NCBI GenBank assembly: GCA_010093815.1
Contig: ML996575.1
Direction: 5' to 3' (one strand)
Length of the DNA: 64,000 nucleotides
Origin: Pseudovirgaria hyperparasitica
Taxonomy: Eukaryota
The stretch's first letter is position 1, and each line of letters starts with the position of its first letter. Below, one piece after another: positions 1-13,216 of the stretch. A program made the position numbers and the translations under genes. Under the pieces are notes generated by a model, which saw only the letters and a list, made by a program, of their open reading frames with translations, had not been told where the DNA came from and ran no database searches.

Positions 1-3000
1 CTAGTGTTACCTGTTATATTATACAACAAAACCAATTACACAGGACGTAAGGGCTTGATGGTGCAGCGGTTCGTCTCAGCGCAATAGAAACCGGCAATTT
101 GAGAACTCATTTACAATAAGAACTTCCCTATCCAACTAAATTTTGTGAGGAGTAAGAATTTCTGGACGTTGGACGTATGTTGAAGGGGATAACTGAGTCG
201 GGTGTGAATATTCAATAATCATTTGCCTGGGAGTGTAGATGCAAGTCTATCTGACTCTCCAGCTGTCAGACTGCATGGGTAATCAGGGCGTATCAGACTT
301 CTTCATGGACATATATCTAGACGTCGACTCAGTAGCATGCTGATTTGATGTTGGCGGTGAAGTACTTGATGCTGACATACTTCTGATAGCGAAGGGAAGC
401 AACTATGCTAACACTTTGACCCGTAGATAGGTTTGTAGGGAACATCGCCTAAGCGAGTCAGATCTTGCGCATTGAGCATATGCCCGATGTTGTCGACGTC
501 GGTTCCCAGCTGGAATGGATGCTCGCTCAACCAAAGACAATGTTGAACAAATGGATTCTTCTTGTATGGGAACGGTACATTGTCACGCTATGAAAGATGA
601 GCTTGGGAGCCAGTGGCTTGATCCGAGCTACAATAATATCACAGTCTAGTATAGGGATGGAAGTGAAGTTCGTTCTGGATGCAAATGCGTAGGTAGGAGA
701 ATCTCTATCGTCTATATTCTAAGCGATGACCGATGAATATGAGGTAACGCATGAATTGATCGCAGCCTGTAACAAGTTCATACATTATTTCTAGCGCTTC
801 ACTTTGCATATTTTCTGATTGCAATTCACATACGTGAGACGTGAGGTTGTGCAGATGGGGGCGAGGTTACCGATTTGCGGTCGGTCAAAGTCAAACACTA
901 ATTAGATCCTGAAGGCTACCTCGTCCCGTAGCCTTTGTTTCAAGCAGTTGATTTCAAGACGGAGGATTCAGGCTAAGTAGTAGGATGTATAGTGAGCGAA
1001 TGGAAACGGATGGAGGCGATGCGGTGCCTCGGTAAGTTAGTCCAGTCCAATATGATTTGATGTTGTTAAATGATGTGATGAAAGTTGGATTGCAGGTGGC
1101 TATGAACAACGAGGAGACTCATGTGTAGTACTTGTGTACTTCCGCCAACCATTCGGCGGGGCCGCGTCAGATTGGAAGATAGGCGATGCATTGGCCTGTT
1201 TGTTCGTATAGCATGATGTGCCAAGAGCTGACTGTTTCGGGGTCATTAGCTATATGTGGGGCGATGATCCCGTATAGTTGAGATAGGCTGACATCTGTAA
1301 CATGTAAGTCGGTGTTAGCAGCAGCGAAGCGGAATAAAATTGGACCACCACACTTAGAGTAACAGACCTTACGGTGTTGACGATGTTGGGCGGAGACGAT
1401 GCCGGCTCGGAAAGTGAAAAGTGAGGGAAGAGCTATTAAGGGCTTGCTTATCCTGTCTAATATCAAAGCACGTGCATAATAATGTATTATTTAGACGAGC
1501 TATATCACAACTAGCGTTGTAGCCCCCTCCCCGAAGTAGTAATCACTGCGTGGACGAAACTTTACTAAACTTTAATTGATTTGGGTTACGACCATTTCGC
1601 TCTATAATATAAACTAATACACAAGTGACGCAACCGGACGACTTACGGAGATCCCCGTGCAACTCCGCGTAGAGATTTGTCTTACCGTCTCTCAAGCGAG
1701 AAGGCAAAACTCAAGGATGCAGGTAAATGAAATTGATGGCTTTGACGACAGGGACTTCTGCTTGCATAACTCTCCTGCCATGTCTTATCTTCTCCACCAA
1801 TCGAAAGCCGGGCAATCTGAGATTAGATGGAACGATTCTCAAGACGCGATGGGTCATGTGTTAGTGAGTCTAAAGTATTAGCTCGTCCGACGCTTGAAGG
1901 GATCTGTTGCCCTATATGAAAGTAGGGTGGGGCCGTGAAGGATTACCGGAAAGTTGGAGTCTGCCCACGGCACTAATTACCCAACCACGCACAGCCTCTT
2001 CTCTTACTTACTTATCAAGAGCAGGCGCACCTGAGTCTCGAAAAACTCAAATTTACTGTGCTTCCATGGATTACATATATCAAGAAACGATGTATAAGCC
2101 CTGGAAGCAGTATAGGCCAATGCCATCAAAGTTAAAGACTCGCTAGACGAGACGACTTTATGCAGTCATGCTTTAGTTGTAGTCCTTAGGTGCGACGGCG
2201 GTCAACCCTGGCCAAAGCGTCCTTGTAGCGAGGTCTGAATGCTGGCTTTGAAGAGAAAAGCCTCACACACCAGGTCCTTGGAATCGTGAGTTTTTTGACT
2301 GGCGGATATACTTGAGCTGCAGCTAACGAAGTACCCTGACGCCACACCTGATGTTATACGCCACATTGGGAAATCCTAGATCGTGAAGACGTTGCACTTG
2401 AGGCCCACAGTCGTCGGTCGCTCTTACGGCTTACGCAGAATGATTACGCTCTATGGGGGACTTTGCCCATTGCTTAAAGTATCTTGTCCGATTATGAACG
2501 TGGCAATATGTCTTAGTCTTTATCACTTCTCCCATGGTGTTGGCTGCTATAGACAAAGTCGTGGAATTTAGTTAGGTAGGTGGTGGAGCCAGGATTGTCA
2601 GATCCCTAGGAAGAAAAATGTACGAGTCATATTCATTCTGCATAACGGAGGATGTGCCGGGATGAAGCATCTAACTGACGAGTCCTACAGGGCTCTTCTT
2701 CGGCGGGACCCTTATTACTTGCAAAGCTTCTAGTCTCGGCTAGTTTGCCTCAAGATAGATTTTGCGCTTTTGGGATCTAGCTCTGACGAGCGTTAGTCGT
2801 GAAACCGTCCCTCCAACTTACGTCTGAGGCGTTGGTCCAGAAGTTTCACAGCGGCTATGCCGTAACTCAACCTCAGATTGGCGCATCAAGCGCGCTGCAT
2901 GCCCAGTCATGGCTGGCACGCGCGGCAACAAAGTGATGCATGCTCAAGACGGATAATCAAGAATGAGACTTGTAATTGGAGCAATGCCTGATCTTGTGAT

Positions 3001-5563
3001 AGCAACACGAGTCGGTGGTTGATGTGGACCGTGTGGACCATGATGTTGATCTCCAGTACTGTTACTAGTCTAAATAAGAAGCGAGGTTGAGCATGGCGGT
3101 CCATGGAGTTTCGAATAAGAGAAGTTAAGAGAGACTACTGCAGCGAATAGAGATGTTGGCGAATCGAGTCAGTGTTGCAGGTAACGTTAGATCAGAGAGT
3201 AGAGAATGTTACTAGCATCAAACCATTCCCTAGCTACGTAAGCCTCTATCTATTTTTACAGGGCTAAGGTAATAATTATTTATCATACACGAAAGCGGAA
3301 ACGTGTCTTTGTCCACGAAGAATGCCAGCTAAGAGTGGAGCATCTGCATCAAATAAATTCACATTCCAATCATGAATGACCTATATCAGGCGTCATGTAT
3401 GGTATGGGCGATAGTCGACACATTGCAGCAACTGAGACGTTGCAGCAAGTTTGTGTTCGCTCATTGGTTTACTATTATCTCAAGGTGACTGAAAGATAAA
3501 TGACCTCGGGACTTACGTCTTACTTTTGCACTACCGGCTGGCGCTAGTAATATAGTGCTACTACCTTGTATAGGTAGTCTCCTACAAGCCACGCAACCGG
3601 CGCTTCAGCGTTGACCCGCGCAATCTATGATTAATAGAGTGCTGTTATAACGTGTCCTTGTCTATTGCCAATGAGTCGAATTGCCGGTATATGCATTGCT
3701 TGGACCGTGCTGCGGCACAGAAGGCGAAAACGAGACATATTTCTGCAACGAGACATATACATTGCAAGGGTGCCTCGTTTATAGATGTTCTTTTGATCGG
3801 GATGCTTGCTGAACACGCAGGCGGGTATGTGGCGTGACTGACAACAACACCGTCAGGTTTTAGATGTTGCATGTTATTGCGTATAAAAATAAGACATGAG
3901 ATAGGCCTGGAGCGTTTCAGGCAGCCAAGGCTTGGTCATAATACGACGCAACAATTATAGGATTGGCGACTAAATTGTGCGTCGGATGTTCAAGGAGTTG
4001 GATTGGAATTCCGCTGCAGATGCAGTGTCGAGGAGCAAAGTCTATCCAATTGCGCGGTCATGCGTTGTGTCTGTACTATGTTACACCGACATTATACGTG
4101 CAGACCCAGGCTGTAATAAGAATACTTTTCCCACACGTAAACACAATGTGGGGGCTGGGGGTGAGAGTGTGGATTGGCTGAGGCAAGGAGCGGTTTCGAC
4201 GCTCGCACCCGCAAGGGTGAGCGTGATGATGATAGGATTAATAGACTTATATCTGCGAAACCAAGCACTGTCTAGATTGAGGCCCCTTCGCTTCTCTCTT
4301 TGGGCTGGGCGCGAAGTGGAGGCTGCTAATTGTGCCCAGGTCCACACTTATTAGTCCTGCGCCTTAATAGAATGCGAATGCCCTAGCAGGGCAGGCTCTG
4401 CGGAACATGACGGGGATTGACTAGCTGTATCTTGGAACATAATGTCATTAGTGAGGCATCGGATCGCCATAGCATTGTAGCGCTGTACAACTGTATCCAG
4501 TATCGACGGTGATGATCCTTGTTGCCCTTTGCCTTTAGCAAGGCGGCGATGTGAATCACTCTAACCACGCCACGAGACCAAAACAATTGTCGGCTCGAGT
4601 GCTCGAGTCAATGAGAAAAGGAGGCTATCTCATCTGCGATCTCGATCGCGATCGCGGCGTGAGGGAGAAGAAAAACAAGATACAACAAAATGATGCATTC
4701 TTGGAACACAAACACATGTCATGCTGATACCCGCGAACTACAACCTGGTCCGGCAATCGACAGAGGTGTTCGTCCCGTGGCGCCGAGAGCTGGAGATGCT
4801 CTGTAGTAGCACTAATGAATTGTAATAGGATGACGCCGTTGGGCTGATCCCTGCATGCACACAGTATCCTAAACACTAAAGCCAACAGGGGCCCCCAATA
4901 AGGCCCTAATTGCTAATAATTGTATCGGTCGGCGCCTTGCTTGCTCTTGCTCTTGGCGGCTTTCCGACTCTCGCTGTAATAGCCTGTAAAGCCCCTTGTC
5001 CTTGTCCTTATCCTTGGTCTCCCTGTCGGCTGGTAATGGTAACGTTCATCATTTCATGTATCCTTTTTTGCCTTCCTTTTACCCTATCCAGCGCATAATC
5101 ACTCACTAGACCGACATTATCCATGCCCGTGCAGCCCGTATTATCTGACCTGATCATCGTGTGTCGTGCCAAATACAGCATCCGCTCGGTCATCCTTACT
5201 ATGTGCCTAATCTGCTCTAGTCTGCTGCTGCTATATTCTCCCTTTTCTCGCCTGGGTGCACAGTAATACAGCCGATATCTCTAGGGCTAGGTAAATTTAG
5301 AACAATGAGCTGCTTGACTAGCTTCCCTCTTCGCTATTTTCCCTTTTGGAAGTATTACTCTAACATTCTTTCTTCCGGTCGATCGTTCATCCCATCACAT
5401 CCACCAGTCCCACGCATGCACAACTCAACTTCCTCCATAGCTTTGCGTTCCCTTACTCCCGCTGCCTTTTACTAGGTATTGGATCTGGATCTGGCTTCGC
5501 GTATCCATACTTGTCAACTCCCGCTTTCCGCCTCGCTCCCGTCTCTGGTTCGGTTTCGTCGCC

Positions 5564-8500
5564 ATGCGCACGAGGAAGTCGACGCTCACAGAACAACAAC
5601 GTGCCGCACACGGTATCGTCAGCCCCCTGGACACGCAGAATGTCAACACCATACTTGATGACTCTGCGTACTCTCCCGCCGGTAATGACTACGCCGTAGC
5701 GCCGCGAACCAGAACCAGGCGCGCAAGTGAAGCTATTCATGGGCATAAAGCAGCCCCAGAATACCCGGAGACACCAGCACCTGTATTAGCACCAGCGGCA
5801 GCAACGGCGTCATCATCATCATCATCATCATCATCAACATCAACATCATCAACATTATCGTCAGCAGCAAGAATAACGACAACAACGACTACAGCACCAC
5901 CATCATCCGTCGAAGTAATCTGCTCTCACTGTAAGAATGGAGCCATTGGAACCTTAAAAAATTCATGGATCCGAATGGCCGATGAATACTTCGAACTAAC
6001 AGCACCGGGTTCATGGACTCCATCTTGGGGATCGAAAATACTCCAAATCCAAGGAGACACAGAGTCGATTGCAGGGCTCAACCACTAGTAAGTTGACGAA
6101 AGTTGTTTCCTTGACTCCCGCCCATCAGAACCATGACTCTGGGAACAACCTGGCGTGGACACGTTCTCCAAATCGAGTACAGAGAATGAGGAGCTTGCGG
6201 CACAGTACAAGATCACGATACAGATCCACACGTCCAATGTACGCATGCTTCCTGAATCCCTACGTGCGATTCACGGGAGCGGCGTTGCGGGAGCGATCTG
6301 GCCTGGGTAGCAAGCTTCTCCTTCTCATGCACCCATTGTAGCATACGGCGATGGCATGTTTGGCTACCGAGTCTGCAGACGATGCATTGCTTGCCTCATG
6401 TTTCCATTTCCATTTGCGTTTCCCATTTCCATTCCTACCCTGGCACGCCTCGAGTACCCGGTACGGTCCAAGCGCCGGCTGTTCCTCAGCCTGAGCCAAG
6501 TGATTTTGTCTGGGACGGATCGCTCTACTATTACTTCGCTTTTAGATTGATTTCACTAGTCCCAATTTCACACACTCCACTCCTTTCACTACTTTTCACT
6601 TCCTGGTCCTGACCTTAGCACTTGACTTTGCCGCTATAGCACAAAATAAGCTCTGAGGTCGGGACTAACACTCAGCCCTTATCCCTTTCTACTACTCTGT
6701 ACATAACTATACCCCAGCCCACCCTTATCAGTGCCTTCTTTCCCTTTTCGCTCCTTCTAGCATTCTTTCCTTTTCAAGTGCTAACCGACCCCCTTCTTGC
6801 GCAGCTCCAACTTCGAAGTCTACGCTTGCAACAATCAGAACTGTATATCCTATTCGACAGACGACCAGCACCTATTCGTAACGTGTCTTCCTTTACAGCG
6901 CAAAAAATACGGCCGGTAAGTTTCCCCGATCAAGCATGTGCCTTGATCTCTGCATCTTCTATATGTCACTGGACCAATAGATGCATATCTATATCCTTTG
7001 TTCTGGCTATAAGACCAGCAAGAAACATCTATTGGTTTGGTTTCAACCACTTTCCCCAGACAGAGAATGCTTTGTCGTTCCGGCTTCCTTTGTGACTGCA
7101 ATATTGACTAACCTGCCGTCCGGATTAGTCGCCAGCGTTTCTTTAAACTTCGTGATATTAAGTTACAATGCCCTGATTCCGACGCATCTGTAGAGCCCGT
7201 CATCATGGAGGATCGCCGCCAGCACCAACTTTCCGAACCGAAAGCCCACTCGGTAGCATCCAGGCGCGAAGCCACCATGGAATCCCTGCCCCTGCCATCT
7301 ACGAGGCCGGCGTCGCAGGCTCAAGACCAGAAGACTTCGCAAGAACAGCATCCCCAAGGTCATGTACGATCACCCTCACAAGCTTCTGTATCCCAGAAGG
7401 GTGCAAACTCACGACAGATATCTTTACAGTCGCCACGAGAACGTTCTCAGCCGTATCCAGCGGCACCTCCGCGTCCGCATCCAATGTCCAGCAGCGATAT
7501 ACAACAGTATGATGAAGCATATCACTCTCCTCATCAACGTTATCGGGAAGTACCACTGTCAAACGGGCATCAACAAAGTAATGGACTACCCGTAGGACAA
7601 GCATGTCCAGTAACCCAAAATCAGTATGCTATTCTCATGGATGCCAACAACCGAATTCAGAGTCAGACCAACATGAACATGGCTGCATTAGATCAACAGC
7701 GTAGAGACGTGCAAAAGTTGCAGAGGCAGCAAGAAAACTGGTCTCACGACGTGCAACGCATAGACGCAGCCATCTCTAGGTTTGCTGAAGAATTTCGCAT
7801 TATGCAGGAAGTGCTCGATCAAACACGAGCTGAATTGCGTCATAGACCCATACACGCTCCGGCAGCGGTAACATCAGCACCGGCAACGTCACTAGATGCT
7901 ACCACCATCGAGCTGTTCGCGAGAAGTCTAGAGCAGATGAGGCCCAAACTGGGCGAAATTGAGGATATGAAGATTCAGATGCAGATCATGAAGGAACGAG
8001 TCGCGCGGTTGGACAAATCTGCATCAGCAGGACTACCACCGAAGCCCGAACCCCTGGCACATAGTGCTTCTTCACCACAGTACGTTCCAGCTCGTGAAGC
8101 TGTTGGTCATGGGCTAGCAAGAGATGTCTACCACCCCGTACAGCCCATTCCTAGAGTACACACACCAGGCTCCAGACCTGAGGTTCGCCAGGAATCTCGT
8201 CCAATACCAAGTTCAGCTCCAGCACCTACAGGCCCTTCTCGCGACTCTCCACGCTCCCATAATCTGTTGCCACACCAGCAGCAGCATTCACAATCCCATC
8301 ACCAACATCAGCCACGAGAAAACAACCGCGAGCAACCTCATTCGCGTGTGTATTCACATTCCAACCAACACTCTCAATCCAGCTCACATCCGCATCCAAA
8401 TGGTCATGCCCACCCACACTCGCACTCAAATCAACCTCATCAGCAAGCGCAGCCCACATCACAGCATACATCTCAGGCAGCTCACCCACTGCACCGGTCA

Positions 8501-10183
8501 CAGTCAGCACATAGCCATAGCCATCTACAGCCATCAACGCGACAGTCGATGCATGGACAAGCGCACACACAAGCAACAGTCGTACCAGCCCCGCAGGCTC
8601 CATCATCTCATCACCATACTGAATCAACACATATACATAATCGTCCACCACCCCCAACATCACAGACGCAGCTCCACACACATGTACAATCGCATTCGCA
8701 GCTGTCCCCCCAGTCAGGTCCTCGTGAACATGTCCCATTGCTTCCACCGATGCAATCACATGAACGAGTGGGTCCACCACCACAATCTACTAATCACGAG
8801 CAATCACAATCACAACCACATCCTCCCCAACTTCAAGCTCACGGTTATGGTCATGTTTCGAGTGCCGAGCCGCTACGCAGAACTGAGTCCGAAAATTCAC
8901 GATCTGTGGGAAGTCAAGCTGCCCAAGCAAGTGGATGGGTCACCGTAAATCCTAGCGCAAAGCGGGGTCTTTCAACTGGATCTGAAGGGCGTACAGAGTT
9001 CCCAGGTCATAGCCACTCACCAAAACGACCAAAGCTAGCTACCCTGGAGCCACGCAGTGAAAGCCGCGAATCTCGCTCTCATGGTCACTTTGACAGAATG
9101 GAAGGAGATCAATCAGGTATGCGGGGTCATGCACATAATTCATATGGAGAATCTACGCCAGCCCGTTTCATCGCATATCAGTCCACACAAGAGCATCCCG
9201 GAGAAGATCGATGGCGACCAGACTCACATCGGACTGCGCTTCCCGAACACGACATGCATGCGGGCTTTAGACGTGGCGGAGGGCGTGGACGAGGTCGGAA
9301 GAGTCTTCCATCTGAATTCAACACACCTGGTCATCAATGGGAAAACATTGAAGGGCCGGGTGGCCCAGTTGGGCCTTTCGGATACTACAACAGCGTATCA
9401 CCAGACACCAAGAGTACTGCTTTGTCCGTGCGTCGTGACTCCAATGGCAATGTCATACCGGTAGCAGGCCACGTATCCATGGATGCTTCGCGAATGCAGG
9501 ACCCGTACGCACACACGAAAAAGACAAGGACCAAGCCTGTTCGCAACTCTGACGGCATACTTATTCGCAAAGATGGCAGGCCAGACATGCGATCACAAAG
9601 CAGTGCGGCGAACTTGCGTAAAGTTCATGCCAGAAAGGAACAGGAGAGGGCCGAAGAATCTGTAGGAGATTCTCCCCCTTCAGGTCTGGCGTACAATACG
9701 ACGCACACACCGGGTTCACCAAGCCCGATGCCCGCGTCAGAAGGAGTGGATCCCCACGCCCATGAGCGGCACTCTCAGATAATGGAAAAAGTGTTCCCCA
9801 ACGGTCACAGAGGAAGCAGTCAAGGTGCCGACAGGTACTTCCAGCAAAATGGATCACCTCATAAACTTACCAGTGTAAACGGCGTGAAAGCAGAACCTAG
9901 TGCCAGTGAGACAGCAAGCCCACCTCGACCAATTGACGCTAAATCGCCTGCGAGACAGCTGGCAGAGATCTGTGAGGACGAACAAGATACATCAAGGAAC
10001 AATGCCTCAGCAAAGAGTGCAGAGTCTTCCCAGGAGCGCGAACAGGATAAGACTGTATCAGGCGACGGACCGCTCCCAGTAACGCCAGAAAAAGTTTCAG
10101 ATGAACCGCCGGCATCTCTGCCAACCCCTATTGCGGAGCCTATGATGAGCAGCGAGCCTCTAGAAGTCGCCGCATCGGCTTAG
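5564..10183 (+). CDS. Three-exon protein: N-terminal Yippee/Mis18-like Zn-binding region, coiled coil, long His/Gln/Pro/Ser low-complexity region and a basic C-terminal motif
   Basis: Exons 5564-6087, 6805-6915, 7129-10183. Introns 6088-6804 (GTAAGT..CTAAC..CAG) and 6916-7128 (GTAAGT..CTAAC..TAG) keep one frame. The joined protein has CSHC...YACNNQNC...FFKLRDIKLQC, a Mis18/Yippee-like Cys-pair layout (inference), and KKTRTKPVRNSDGILIRKDGRPDMRSQSSAANLRKVHARKE, recognised as a conserved filamentous-ascomycete motif. Confidence 0.75.
5810..5856 (+). repeat. (TCA)n trinucleotide repeat, decaying into TCA/ACA, encoding a poly-Ser/Thr tract
   Basis: tcatcatcatcatca...tcaacatcaacatcatcaaca in exon 1 of the 5564 gene. 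Confidence 0.9.
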
Positions 10184-10605
10184 CACCACCGCTCAGCGCT
10201 GTATAGTTTCCTTGGTTGAATTTTGTATTTTTTACCCTGGTTTAGTAGCGGTTTCCCACGAAGCATAATATACCCCCGGCGTACTGGATATTGTATCTGT
10301 TATATATATCCTTGTCGCACTTTCGATGGACAGCGAGGCAGTAAAATTCTTTTAAGCTAGATGCTATGAGGCACGAGGGTATATAAATCAATTGGGGAGA
10401 ACTTCTTGGACATCTTCAAGATTCGAAGTCTGAAGCGCAAATATCTAGACAACCTGAGGCAAATAGATAGACTGGTTATGACGTTGTTTTGCATTGCGCT
10501 ACCAAGACGTGCTGAGAACTTCGCAACCTCAATAGTTTGAACTCATCTCATACATTGCTGCGACCTACATACACCCATCAGACTATCTTCTTTGAAATTA
10601 TCGCC

Positions 10606-11343
10606 ATGCGCGTCAGTTCACGGGCCGCGCTTTGCTGGCTTCGCACAGCCGTAGACTCTGAACTTGTCGGCTCGCGTGCTCTTGTGCAAAGGCGTCCACA
10701 GCGAGACACATGCACCAGCCGTCTCTCTTGTCAGATATATTCTCGACTATGTTACAAGAGGCTTTATAGCACTAGTTCGCCTCAGCGGGAGGATACGCGC
10801 AACGTTCCTCAAACACATTACGACTTCTTCCCTACTGCCATCCCGACTGGACCTCCGCCGACAGGCCCCTTCGCGGTCGATCTACGTGCGCTCCGCAGAG
10901 AGTTCCTCCAGCTACAAGCAAAGGCGCATCCAGACCTCGCGCCACCAGAACGAAAGCGACAAGCTGAAGCCCTGTCCTCGCGAATAAATGAGGCATACAA
11001 GACCCTAAAGAACCCGCTTCTACGCGCACAATACATACTCGCAGAACGCGGCATTGAAGTTGCAGAGGACGCCGGGGCTGAGGCAGTGGGGCAAGATACA
11101 CTACTGGAGGTGCTTGAGGCAAGGGAGGAGATTGAAGAGGCAGAGAAAGACGATCAAGTGCTCGCGCTGAGGAAGGTCAATCAGGGTAGGATCGAGGCTA
11201 GTGAAGAGGCTATAGCTGCTGCGTGTAGCAAACAAGACTGGGACGGTGTTAGGAAGGAGAGTATCAAGTTGCGATATTGGACAAATATCAGAGAGGCGCT
11301 GGACAATTGGCAGCCGGGGAAGCCAGTTGTTGTGCAGCATTGA
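10606..11343 (+). CDS. JAC1: Mitochondrial Fe-S cluster co-chaperone HscB/Hsc20 (J-protein)
   Basis: Arg/Ser-rich presequence, J-domain with HPD (LQAKAHPDLA), INEAYKTLKNPLLRAQY motif and HSCB C-terminal helices ending in KLRYWTNI. First ATG in the ORF is 10606. Confidence 0.93.
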   Translation: MRVSSRAALCWLRTAVDSELVGSRALVQRRPQRDTCTSRLSCQIYSRLCYKRLYSTSSPQREDTRNVPQTHYDFFPTAIPTGPPPTGPFAVDLRALRREFLQLQAKAHPDLAPPERKRQAEALSSRINEAYKTLKNPLLRAQYILAERGIEVAEDAGAEAVGQDTLLEVLEAREEIEEAEKDDQVLALRKVNQGRIEASEEAIAAACSKQDWDGVRKESIKLRYWTNIREALDNWQPGKPVVVQH

Positions 11344-11644
11344 GACGATGGTGTTTGGGGACAATCAAGACACTGCTAGTAATACATGAGACCTGCGAAT
11401 TATGAAGGACCTATAGGTACTGCATCTCAACAGCTATATCGCGTTTGTGGTGCGTGCTGTGTTATTTCCTTGGTGGGTTAATGGTCTAGTGGACGTGATC
11501 GTAATTCTTACTTAGCGGTCCCACAGCGGCAACTTGCTTAAGTGCAACTGCCATCTGGCTTCAAGCTCTGACATTTATGCGCGTCTTTGACTACAACTTC
11601 ACATCCTATATATCTTGTTCCACAGCCGTCTCGCTCATGGCATA

Positions 11645-13216
11645 ATGAAGACGGGTCTCTGGGCGCTACCCGCTGTTCTCAAGCTGGTTCTCGCCGGCCA
11701 ACACGCCTTCAGTGTGCAGGATGATCTATTAGCATTCCCACAGGTACGTCATAAACCACGGAGCGCGAACACGCGCCCAACGTCAAATGATGCACTCTTA
11801 CCAACAAAAATCGCTGTTTCAAATACATGGAGCTAGGCTAACACCTTTCAGTACCGAATCAAGTTTCCCGATCGCTACGTTGCAGAAAGTCAGGCGGCAT
11901 TGCATCTCTCATCCGCCGCAGACACTACGGATACTTCTGCCGACTCGCGAGACACGCAAATACTATCGCGTGACAAACAAGCGGATGATGGAGACTTCAC
12001 ATACAATGACGAGTCCTCTGACAGCCCAGCGACGCATGAGCTTCTGAAGCTTGAAGGCCAGGACTTCTTATGTCGAATCCCTACCGTAGCTCCACCGGCT
12101 CAATTGAACGAGACTGAGTCGCGAGCATCGGCAGAGGAGGAAGCGAACGAGCTGGCACGCGCGAACGATCGTGGCTGGGAGTTACTACAAGGGATGCAAG
12201 GTGACTGCATATACCACATGAGTGGGTGGTGGAGCTACAGTTTCTGCTACAATAAAGAGATAAAGCAGTTCCACCATCTACCTCCAAGCAAGGGAATACC
12301 TTTATATCCACCGACAGAGGACCCAAGTGTACACAGCTATGTGCTAGGAAGATTTCCCCAAAAAGGAGGCACGGAGAAGCGAGCACAGGTGGACGACATT
12401 AAGGATGAGCCAAGCGAAGAGAAAAGCCTTACGCGGCTAGAGACGAAAGGGGAGAGCAGGTATATGGTTCAAAGGTTAGGAGACGGGACAGAATGTGATC
12501 TCACGGGTAAAGAGAGAAGAATCGAAGTGCAGGTCTGTCATTTCTCAACTCACCTCTTGCTGTCGTAGGGACATTACTAAATTCGAGCATAGTTCCATTG
12601 TCATCCAAGCGCATCCGACCGCATTGGCATGATCAAGGAAGTTAGCACCTGTTCATACCTGATGGTCATCCAAACGCCACGTCTGTGTAATGATGTCGCA
12701 TTTCTTCCCCCTCAAAAAGACAAGCCCAATACTATCTCGTGCGAAATCATTGTTCCAGATGATGGCCTTAGCGAACTCACCTCTAGACTCGAGCAAGTCA
12801 ATGAGGTCTCCAAGGAGATGACTGCTGCTGCATCTAAGCCTACAGTGCCTCTCCGCCCGGTCATCGGCGGTATCCCTGTTGGCGCGCAACATCTTGTGGG
12901 CAAGTCCGGCCGAGAAATCGAGAAAGGTGTTGTTGTAGGCGGTGGGAAGGAGTTTCTGCTTGGAACCCTCGCTGCAAGTGATGGATTCATGATGAGTGAA
13001 CGCGAGATGCGGCAGTATGAGATTCGTGTCAAAGAGATTGAGAAGGCGAAGCGCGACCTAAGTAGGCTAGCAAAGGGACAGGTCTGGAGGCTAGACCTTG
13101 TCGATACTCCTCGAGGAAGAGAGTTCAGGGGAATCATTGAAACCGCAGATGTCAAGGAAGATGAAGATGCAGATGGGCAGGAAGGTAGTGAGGAAGTGTA
13201 TAAGGAGGACTTATAG
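11645..13216 (+). CDS. YOS9: ER lectin OS-9/Yos9 (MRH/PRKCSH domain), ERAD
   Basis: Signal peptide then FSVQDDLLAFPQY. Introns 11744-11851 and 12533-12592. MRH motifs GWWSYSFCY..KQFH, GTECDLTG.ERRIEVQFHC and IKEVSTCSYLMVIQTPRLC. Ends in KEDL. Confidence 0.92.

Noticed and set aside
51..110. GGGCTTGATGGTGCAGCGGTT resembles a tRNA 5' end or A-box
   Set aside because: No downstream GTTCRA B-box, anticodon arm or acceptor-stem complement visible.
8124..8948. 274-aa alternative-frame ORF inside the 7205 exon
   Set aside because: By-product of His/Gln low-complexity codons that lack stops in the shifted frame.
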